Below the pieces are notes generated by a model. It made no database searches and was not told the DNA's origin. It saw only the letters and a list, made by a program, of their open reading frames with translations. From Polyangiales bacterium (GTDB lineage Bacteria; Myxococcota_A; Polyangia; Polyangiales; Polyangiaceae), in contig JBBRLQ010000025.1 in assembly GCA_038231275.1 (NCBI GenBank), positions 32,001 to 96,000 on the forward strand: 64,000 nt of DNA, read 5' to 3'. Of the stretch, positions 33,743 through 42,300 are shown one piece after another. How positions within the stretch are numbered: position 1 is the first letter of the stretch; each line of letters starts with the position of its first letter. A program made the translations under genes and the position numbers.

Positions 33743-36505
33743 ATGAGCGCCACGACGAACAACCTCAAGCTCACGTTCGCGAACGGCAACGACTCGCTCG
33801 ACGTCCGCCATTTCTCCGCCCACGAGTCGATAAACGATCTCTTCGAGCTGAGCATCCTCGCGATCTCGGACGATCCGGACATCGACATCACCGGCCTCGT
33901 CGGCAAGGGCGCCATCTTCAAGCTCGAGACGCCGAACCACCGTGCGCTCTATCCGACGCGCGTGTGGGGCGGCGTCGTCGCGCACATGTCCCAGGTGCAC
34001 GCGCAGCCCCCGCCGGGCCAGTCGATGTACCACCTCATGATCGTCCCCGATCTTTGGCGGACGACGCTGCGCGTGAACAATCGCATCTACGAGCACAAGG
34101 ACACGCCGACGATCGTCCGCGAAGTCCTTTTTGAGTGGAAGATCGACGTCGTCAACAAGCTCAAGGACAAGTACGCGCTGCACGAGTACGTCGTGCAGTA
34201 CGGCGAGACTGACTACGACTTCGTTAGCCGGCTCCTCGAGGACGCCGGCATCACCTACTTCTTCCATCAGGACGCCGACAGCGGCAAGGGCCAGGCGATC
34301 ACGAAGCTCGTCCTCACCGACAAGCCGACCGACAAGGAGTTCGAGCGCCCCGGCATCCTCGCCTACGCGCACCACACGACCCCGCGCTTCGGCGCCGACC
34401 CCGACTACTGCACGACGGTCACGCTCACGCAGCGGAACAAGCCCGGCAAGTTCATCCAAAGGGACTTCAACTTCCGCACGCCGCTTCTGAAGTCGAAGAT
34501 CGAGTTCGGTTCGGGCGATCCGATCGAGGACAAATACGAGCAGTACGACTACCTGCCGGGCGCCTTCTGGTGGGACACGAAGAAGCCCGAGAAGGACGTC
34601 GCCGACGTCGACAACGCGCCCAACAACGACGAGCAGGGTGAGGGCCCCAAGCTCAGTAGGCGCATCCTCGAGGCCGAGCGTCGCCGGCGCATCCTCGTCT
34701 CGTTCCACACGAACGCCACCGATCTCGCACCCGGAAAGATTGTCGGCGTCAATCAGGACTCGCCGCACAAGAACCACCCGCGCGCGGATCTGGCGCCCGA
34801 CAAGAAGATCCTCCTCATCGAGACCCACATCGAGGGGCAGCACAACGGCGAGTGGACGATGACCGCCAACGGGGTCTTCGCCGCCGAGCCGTACCGCCCC
34901 GAGCGAAAGACGCCGAAGCCGCGCATCTACGGCATGCAGAGCGCGTTCGTCGTCGGCCCGCCCGGGCAGGAGATCTACACCGACGAATACGGCCGCGTGC
35001 GCGTGCAGTTCCACTGGGACCGCGAGCACAAGTACGACAAGGCGTCGTCGTGTTGGGTCCGCGTCAGCCAGAATTGGGCGGGCGGCAGCTTCGGCATGAT
35101 GAACATCCCCCGCGTCGGGCACGAGGTGCTCATCGGCTTCTACGAGGGAGATCCCGATCGCCCGGTCATCATGGGCCGCGTCTACAACGAGACCTCGCCG
35201 GTGCCGTGGACGCTGCCGGACAACGCCACCAAGAGCGGCTGGCGCAGCAACTCGCTGCCGACCAAGACCAAGCTCGGCTACAACGAGCTCTCGTTCGAGG
35301 ACGCCGCCGGCAAAGAAGAGATCCACCTCCAGGCCGAAAACGACCTGTCGTACGTCGTCAAGAGCACCGAGACGATCAACATCGGCAACTCACGCTCCGC
35401 CAAGGTCGGCAAGACGGAGAAGCTCGACGTCTTCAAGTTCAAGGCGTCGCACATCGGCGAGTCGGAGACCATCGGCGTCGGTGAGCACTTCGTGCTGTCG
35501 GTCGTCACGGACACTGGGTACGAGATCAAGGACAAGTCGATCGCGTCATCGACCGGCAAGGAGCAGGCGAGCCTCACCCTCGTCGGGGGAGACATCTCGT
35601 TCAACGCCGCGGCGCAGCTCGTCATGCGCGCGGGCAAGGGCATCCAGATCACGTCGTCGGGCGGCGACATCAAGGTGCAAGGCGGCTCGCAGGTCCGCGT
35701 GAACGATCACGAGGAGGGCGGCGACCCGAAGCTAGACCACGTGCCGCCGTACGATCCGCCGGCCGCTCCGAAGGGCGGACCCAACGGCACCAAGCCGGTC
35801 ATCCCGAGCGGGCAAGGCTCGTTCGACAAGCCGGGGCAGCTCGAGGACGTCAACACGGATCCCAAGCCGCCGCCGGAGACCACTGCGAAACCAGGGGCGC
35901 CCGGGGACGCGGCGGCGGCCGGCGCGGCGGCGCCCGCAGCAGCCGCGGACGGGAAGAAGACCATTTCGTTTCCGGACAACGTCTGCAAGCAGTTCGGACA
36001 GCAGATGAAGGACAGCTTCCCCGGCGGGAAGAGCCAGGAGCACGGCGGAATTCTCGTCACAGACGCCGATGGGAACATGCAGCTACGAAACGCCGGGGCG
36101 GGTCTGGACCCGAAAGGCGGATCGTGGTCGCCGAACCGCACCGTGGAGAAGGGCGACACGACCCTCGGCCTCTTCCACACCCACCCGTACGACAAGAGCG
36201 AGGGCGGCTACTCCAACGTCTCGTTCAGCGGTCAGGACGCGGCGCTCGTGGCCAACTCGTCTCCCGAGACCATGACCGTCGTAAGGAGCGGGGATGGCCT
36301 CTTCGTCCTCAAGCCTACGGCGAAGACTCCGCACGACATCGACTACGAAAAGACGAACAACGATACGAACCGGCGGATTCAAGAGCTCGTCACCGGCGGG
36401 ATGGCCTTCGATGCCGCGAGCCGCAAGGCGACCTTGGAGAACGCGAACAAGCTGAACATGGAATACTATGAGGGGCAGAACTGTACCGCGACGCAGGTCA
36501 ATTAG
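33743..36505 (+). CDS. vgrG: Evolved VgrG with C-terminal JAB/MPN-like (DUF4329/Tox-JAB-like) domain, 920 aa
   Basis: GGAGGG RBS; paralogous VgrG core; tail QEHGGIL...LFHTHP...SFSGQD (JAMM-type E..HxH..SxxD). Confidence 0.9.
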   Translation: MSATTNNLKLTFANGNDSLDVRHFSAHESINDLFELSILAISDDPDIDITGLVGKGAIFKLETPNHRALYPTRVWGGVVAHMSQVHAQPPPGQSMYHLMIVPDLWRTTLRVNNRIYEHKDTPTIVREVLFEWKIDVVNKLKDKYALHEYVVQYGETDYDFVSRLLEDAGITYFFHQDADSGKGQAITKLVLTDKPTDKEFERPGILAYAHHTTPRFGADPDYCTTVTLTQRNKPGKFIQRDFNFRTPLLKSKIEFGSGDPIEDKYEQYDYLPGAFWWDTKKPEKDVADVDNAPNNDEQGEGPKLSRRILEAERRRRILVSFHTNATDLAPGKIVGVNQDSPHKNHPRADLAPDKKILLIETHIEGQHNGEWTMTANGVFAAEPYRPERKTPKPRIYGMQSAFVVGPPGQEIYTDEYGRVRVQFHWDREHKYDKASSCWVRVSQNWAGGSFGMMNIPRVGHEVLIGFYEGDPDRPVIMGRVYNETSPVPWTLPDNATKSGWRSNSLPTKTKLGYNELSFEDAAGKEEIHLQAENDLSYVVKSTETINIGNSRSAKVGKTEKLDVFKFKASHIGESETIGVGEHFVLSVVTDTGYEIKDKSIASSTGKEQASLTLVGGDISFNAAAQLVMRAGKGIQITSSGGDIKVQGGSQVRVNDHEEGGDPKLDHVPPYDPPAAPKGGPNGTKPVIPSGQGSFDKPGQLEDVNTDPKPPPETTAKPGAPGDAAAAGAAAPAAAADGKKTISFPDNVCKQFGQQMKDSFPGGKSQEHGGILVTDADGNMQLRNAGAGLDPKGGSWSPNRTVEKGDTTLGLFHTHPYDKSEGGYSNVSFSGQDAALVANSSPETMTVVRSGDGLFVLKPTAKTPHDIDYEKTNNDTNRRIQELVTGGMAFDAASRKATLENANKLNMEYYEGQNCTATQVN

Positions 36506-37196
36506 CCTCCTCGCCGCTGTGATTGCGTCGGCCGCATGTGCCGCCGGCGCGCCGAGCCCCCCCACCGCGGGCGAAGGACCGAAGATGCTCCCCAACGACA
36601 TCACGAAACTGGAGCTTGTCACACGGCGGGGCAACTTCCGCGAGGTGACGGAGATCTCACCGAAGGAGCTCGTCCTTGTCGCGGAGGACGTCGACGACGG
36701 CGCCCTTCCCGTCGTACGGACTACCTGGAAGGGGGACTACCTCCACGGCCTTCCCGCAACGCTAAAGGACCTGAAGAGCGCCCGCGAGGAGACCGACCCG
36801 GAGTACTGGCACGAGCTGAAGTTGACGTTCTCCGCCGAACATCCCGTGGGCTTGCTATGGGGGAGCGGCTCCGAGGACGCGGGGCACCGCGCGTTCCGAG
36901 AGGCGATCGCAACCGTGGCCGGCCTCCGGTACAAGGAGGCCGAACGCCTTCTCGAGTCGGGGCGCAAGGCTAGCGCGGCCGGTAAGTTCGAGGATGCCTC
37001 CCTGGAGTTCAAGCGGGGCATTCGGGTCCTTGGCAACCTCTATTGGGAGCCGAAATCGCTGGACCACACCGGCCAAAAGCTCGTCGCGGCCTACGCCCTC
37101 GCCCGCGACGGCCACAAGGACGTCGCCGCCTCGACGCAAGAGCGAGTGCTCGAGACGCGCCTGAAGGGATACCTGGCACGTCAGCTCCCGCACTGA
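36468..37196 (+). CDS. Putative immunity protein for the JAB-type VgrG; possible lipoprotein signal and helical/TPR-like C-terminus
   Basis: Directly downstream of and overlapping vgrG; N-terminus ISLLAAVIASAAC; alternative ATG at 36585. Confidence 0.6.
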   Translation: MRGRTVPRRRSISLLAAVIASAACAAGAPSPPTAGEGPKMLPNDITKLELVTRRGNFREVTEISPKELVLVAEDVDDGALPVVRTTWKGDYLHGLPATLKDLKSAREETDPEYWHELKLTFSAEHPVGLLWGSGSEDAGHRAFREAIATVAGLRYKEAERLLESGRKASAAGKFEDASLEFKRGIRVLGNLYWEPKSLDHTGQKLVAAYALARDGHKDVAASTQERVLETRLKGYLARQLPH

Positions 37197-37224
37197 CGCG
37201 CGGAGAGCTATAAGAGGGCCGTCG

Positions 37225-38223
37225 ATGCCCTTCGCTAACGCCACCCCCTTCGCGGCCCTCGACGTCCCGATGCTCGATCGCACCGGGCGCGAGATGGTCG
37301 TCGTCATCGTCAAGGCGACGTTCACGCTGGGCAAGGGGGCCAAAGAGGGCAAGCTCGTCCCCGCCGACGAGCCCGCGCCGGTTCGCGTCACCGACGTGCT
37401 GCGCGATCCCAAGAACGCCGAGCGATCGAGCGCGCTTTACCCGAGCGATCTGTGCCTCGAGAAGCGCGGTACCGATCTCGTCATCGTCGGCAAGGCGGTG
37501 TCGAAGAAGAAGGTCACCTACGTCGACGTTGGCATCTCGGCGAAGGCCAAGACCGTCACCTTGCGCGTGCACGGCATGCGCGAGTATTTCCGCGGGCTGA
37601 TGGAGGTCGCGATCAGCGCACCGGTGCCGTTCGAGGAGATGCCCATCGAATGGGAGCGCGCGTACGGCGGGGCGAGCGAGGACTTCGGCGTCGTCGAGCA
37701 GCGCAATCCCGCCGGCGTGGGCGTGGCGAAGAGCGACAAGACGCTCGTAGGCAAGCTCGCACCGCAGATCGAGCACCCCGGCGCGCCGCACAAGACGTCG
37801 AAGGACAAGCACCCGCCCGCCGGCATCGGCTCGATCCTTCCGCATTGGTCGCCGCGCCTCGAGCGCGCGGGGACGTTCGACGCGGAGTGGAAGAAGACGA
37901 AGATGCCGCTCATGCCGCCGGACTTCGACGTGCGGCACTACAACGTCGCGGCGGCGCCTCTGGTGTTCGAGCAAGGGCTCGCGCCGGGAGATCCCATTTC
38001 GATCTTGGGGATGAGCCCCGATTTGTTCGCCTTCGCCCTCCCTGCCCTGCCGATCTTCATCGAGGCGCGGTACGACGAGAAGACCGAGACCGCGCGGCCG
38101 CAGGTGGACACCATCTTGATCGAGCCATCAAAAGGGCAAATCGAGCTCGTCGTTCGCAAGGCGTTCCCGGTCGGGCGCGGACGGTCGGCGCTGCGCGAGC
38201 TTCGGGCCGACGTCGATGCCTGA
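37225..38223 (+). CDS. DUF2169-family T6SS adaptor, 332 aa
   Basis: NATPF...VVIVKATF...DLCLEKRGTDL...MPIEWERAYGG...RNPAGVG...WSPR...AGTFDAEW...PPDFDVRHYN...DTILIEP. Confidence 0.92.
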   Translation: MPFANATPFAALDVPMLDRTGREMVVVIVKATFTLGKGAKEGKLVPADEPAPVRVTDVLRDPKNAERSSALYPSDLCLEKRGTDLVIVGKAVSKKKVTYVDVGISAKAKTVTLRVHGMREYFRGLMEVAISAPVPFEEMPIEWERAYGGASEDFGVVEQRNPAGVGVAKSDKTLVGKLAPQIEHPGAPHKTSKDKHPPAGIGSILPHWSPRLERAGTFDAEWKKTKMPLMPPDFDVRHYNVAAAPLVFEQGLAPGDPISILGMSPDLFAFALPALPIFIEARYDEKTETARPQVDTILIEPSKGQIELVVRKAFPVGRGRSALRELRADVDA

Positions 38224-39301
38224 GCGTGCGATCCACGGGCTGACGGTGCAGGCCTACGCCGCAGTGTACGGCGCGACCGGCGAGGGGTTCCCGCTCGAGC
38301 TCGTGCTCGATCACCTCGGCATCCGGCAAGGGGACTGGCCGGCGATCGACGAGGCGTGGGCCGATGCGCTCGCCGAGGACGTGGAGGTCGTCGGGCCGCT
38401 CACCGGGGAGCTCGAGGCGGCGCTCATGATGGAGCAGGACGCGTACCGCCGCCCGATCCCGCCGCTCGACGACGACCTCTCGGCGTGGATTCGCTTCTTT
38501 CGTGCGTGGACCGCCGCGGAAGATGGCTCGGTGTTCCTCAAGGCGCGGGGCCTCGAACCGAACGACATGATCCGCCTCCAGCGCGCCTGGTCGCGCCGCA
38601 TCGAGGACGAGCCGGCGCTCCAAAAAGATTTGCCGACGCTGATGGAAGAGAAGCTCGGCGCGCCTCCTCATTTCAAAAAACCCGCGCCCCTCGAGCTCCG
38701 CCTCGCGCCACGACGCGCGACGGGCACCATCCGCATGGAGATGCCGAAGCCTCCGCCCCCCGGCGCTCCGTCGATGCTCGCCGCGATGCCCCCGTCGGCG
38801 GAAGGTCCGCTCTTCATTCCGGCTGTGCGCGTCGCGCCGTCGATCGGCATCGACGACGGGCTCGCGACGGCGGTCGAGACGCGCGCGCTCGTCATCGAAG
38901 AGGATCCGACGGAGTCGACGAACGCCTTCGCGCCGGATGCAGTCGACTCGACCGTGACGTTGCCGGGAGAGTCGAGCCCCTTCGACGCGGTGCGGCTCGG
39001 CGACGACTTCGAGCTGCCGCCGCCCGAGAGCGTCATGATGCCGATCCCCGACTCGGTCTCCGAGGAGCTGACGCTGACACAGTACTCGTCGCTGCGCGCG
39101 GAGCTCGAGGTGTTTCCCGAGAACGAGGAGGCGATCTTCGCCAAATACGGCCTCGCCTCGATGGATCGCCGCGCGCGCGTCGAGGAGGCGTGGCAGGACC
39201 GCCTGGGCAACCAGACGGACACCTACGCCGAGTGGCGTCAGCTTTACCGCCATTTTTCCGAGCATTGGGCCGCCGTCGCGCGCGCGCAGAGTCCGTCTTA
39301 A
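38216..39301 (+). CDS. Hypothetical protein with three related helical modules, 361 aa
   Basis: Overlaps the DUF2169 stop; recurring pattern L..Y/W...GL/I...AW..RL. Confidence 0.7.
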   Translation: MPERAIHGLTVQAYAAVYGATGEGFPLELVLDHLGIRQGDWPAIDEAWADALAEDVEVVGPLTGELEAALMMEQDAYRRPIPPLDDDLSAWIRFFRAWTAAEDGSVFLKARGLEPNDMIRLQRAWSRRIEDEPALQKDLPTLMEEKLGAPPHFKKPAPLELRLAPRRATGTIRMEMPKPPPPGAPSMLAAMPPSAEGPLFIPAVRVAPSIGIDDGLATAVETRALVIEEDPTESTNAFAPDAVDSTVTLPGESSPFDAVRLGDDFELPPPESVMMPIPDSVSEELTLTQYSSLRAELEVFPENEEAIFAKYGLASMDRRARVEEAWQDRLGNQTDTYAEWRQLYRHFSEHWAAVARAQSPS

Positions 39302-39331
39302 CTGGGCATTGTTCCGGGGGCTTCGGCTATC

Positions 39332-42300
39332 ATGGGGGCGATGGCTGATCCGCAGCTCGCGCGGACAATCGACCTTCTGACGACCCAGCTTTTGATCCAC
39401 CCGAACGATCCGCACAAGCGGTTCCAGCTCGGGATGGCCTATCGAAACAGCGGGAACCTTCAGGAGGCGATCAAGGCGTACAAACGCGCGATCACCGCGA
39501 AGCCGGATCACGCCGAGGCGCACTACAACCTCGGCGTCACCTACAAGATGGCCGGCGATTGGGCGAACGCCACCGACGCGTGGAAGGAGTCGGTGCGTCA
39601 CAAGCCCGAGCACGCCGAGGGGCACGCGCAGCTCGCGCTCGGGTTGACGCACCTCGGCAAGGGCGACGAGGCGATCGACGAGTACGCGCGGACGTTGGAG
39701 CTGAACCCCGAGCACGTCGCGGCGCGGCGCGAGATCGGCCTCCTCCAGTACCGTCAGGGAAAGTACGCGGAGGCGGCGGAGCGCTTATACAAGGCCGCGG
39801 AAGCGGAGCCGGAGAACGCGGAGCTCTTCTTGCGCCTCGGGCAGTCGTACAACCGGCTCAAGCGCTACGCGCCCGCGAAGGCGGCGCTCAAAGAAGCGCT
39901 CATCTTGAACGAGGCGTCGCCCGAGACGTACAAGGCGCTCGTCGAGGCCTACGCGCGAACCGGCGAGCACAACGACGCCGTGATCGCGGCGCGGAAGGCG
40001 GTCCAGCACGATCCCAACGACGCCGAATCGCACGCCGAGCTCGCGAAGAACCTCGCGGCGCTGGAGCGCGACAAGGAGGCGATCGTCGCCATCAAGCGCG
40101 CGCTGGAGCTGACGCCGGAGGATCCGCAGCTTCACGTGGCGCTCGGCGCGTGCTTGATGCGCCTCAAGGATCCGACCGCGGCGGAGGCGGCGTACCATGA
40201 GGCCGTTCGTCTCGCGCCCGACTCGGCGCCGCCGCACGCGGGCCTCGGCACCGCGATGAACGCGCTCGAGAGGTGGACCGACGCGCTCGACGAGCTGGAG
40301 CTGGCGACCAAGATCGACGCGACCTCGGCCCTCGCGTTCACGAGCCTCGGCCTGACGTACAAGAAGCTGGGGCGCGTGCCGGAGGCGGTCGCCGCGCTCC
40401 ATCGCGCGGGAGAGCTCGATCCGGCGGACGTCGATCTGCGGTACTCGATCGCGCTGCACCACATCGAGCTCGGGCAGAACACCGAGGCGATGGACGCCCT
40501 CGCGAAGGTCCTCGAGCTGAAGAAGGACCACGCCGACGCGCTGATGAAGCTCGGCGAGATGCGCGTAGCCGCCGAGCAATGGGCGGAGGCGATCGATCCG
40601 CTCAAGATGGCGGTGAAAATCCGCGCGGAGTTCGGGCACGCGTACCAGCTCTTGGCTACGGCGCTGCGCAAGCTCGGCCGGCACGCGGAGGCGATCGAAG
40701 CGTACAAGCACGCGGCGACGAGCGCGCCCAACGACTTCGACGCGGTGCTCGAGATGGGGCGCAGCCAGGCCGCCGCCGGGAACGACAAAGAGGCGGCGGC
40801 GACCTTCGAGCGCGCGCTCGTGATGAAGGCCGATCAGCCGGACGCGCTCTTCGAGCTCGGAATGGCCTGCGCGCGCATGCGCGATCACGCCGACGCAATC
40901 GACGCCCTCGAGCGGGTCGTCAAGATTCGGCCGACGGACCAGCCCGCCGTGTACCAACTCGGCATCGAGTACCACGCCCTCCACCGCCACGAAGACGCGG
41001 CCAACGCGATTGAGCGGTCGCTCAAGCTGAAGCCCGGAGACTTCGACGCGCAGCGCCTCCTCGGAATGATCCAATCCGACGCAGGCAAGGATCAGCTCGC
41101 GGTCGACGCGTTCGAGAAGGCCCACTGGCTGAAGCAGAACGACGCCGAGATAAGGCGGCGCACGGGCCGCAGCCTCCTCAAGCTGGGGCGCACGCGCGAG
41201 GCGGTGCAGGCGCTCGAGGACGCGGCGCGCATCGATCCGAACGACGCCGAGACGCACTTCACCCTGGGCCTGGCGATGAAGGAGCTGAACCGCCCGGCCG
41301 ACGCGAAGGCGCGCTTCGAGAAGACCGTCGCGCTGGCGCCGACGCGCGCGGAGGCGCACATCGAGCTGGGGAAATTGCTCGACCACTTCGGCGAGACCGC
41401 GCGCGCGACCGAGGCGTTCCGCGAGGCGACGCGCCTGAGTCCCGAAGACGCCGACGCCTACGAGCTCGCCGGACACGCGTTCATGAAGATCTCGTCATAC
41501 GTGGAGGCGGCGGCTGCGTTCAAGCACCTCACGCGCCTGCGCCCCGCCGACGCGGTCTCGCTCTTCGATCTCGGCAACGCGCTCACGCACACCGAGCAGG
41601 ATCACGAGGCGGTCGACGCGTTCGAATACGCGGCGCGGCAGCGGCCGAACCACACCGCGACGCACGGCGAGCTCGCGCGGGCGTACGCGCGGGTCGGGCG
41701 CGTCGAGAACGCCATCGATTCGTACCGAAGGGTCCTCGCGCTAGAGCCCGGGACGACGTACGCGAGCCTCGAGCTCGCGGCGCTCCTCGAGAGCGTGGGC
41801 CTCCACCAGGACCGCGTCTCGGCGCTCCTCGCGAGCGTGAAGGCGTCGCCGCACGACGTCCAGGCGCGGCTCAAGCTGGGCATCGCCTACGACGAGCTCG
41901 GCCAGGTGCCCGAGGCGATCGCCGCGCTCGAGGCGGTCGTCTCACGCGATCCGTCGGTCGTCGACGCGCAACGCCGCCTGGCGCGCCTGCACAAGAACTC
42001 CGGCCAGTACGAAAAAGCGATCCTGGCGTGCGAAGCGCTCTTGCGCCTCGGCGCAGAGGACGCCGAGATGCTCGTGGATCTCGCGGAGAGCCGCCGCCAG
42101 CTCAAAGACAATAACCGCGCCCTCGACGCCCTCCATCAGGCGGTGAAGCTCTCGCCCGATCACGTGCCGGCGTACCGCCTCCTCGCGGACATCTACGTCG
42201 AGCTGGGGATGCACGCGGAGGCCGCGCAGGCGTTCGAGAACGTCCTGCGCCGCGAAAAGACCGACATCCCGGCGTTGTATGGCGCCGCGCTCGCGTATGG

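Noticed and set aside
27127..36505. The three similar vgrGs as an assembly duplication or mobile-element repeat
   Set aside because: Many synonymous and amino-acid differences and distinct tails; no transposase or terminal repeats seen.
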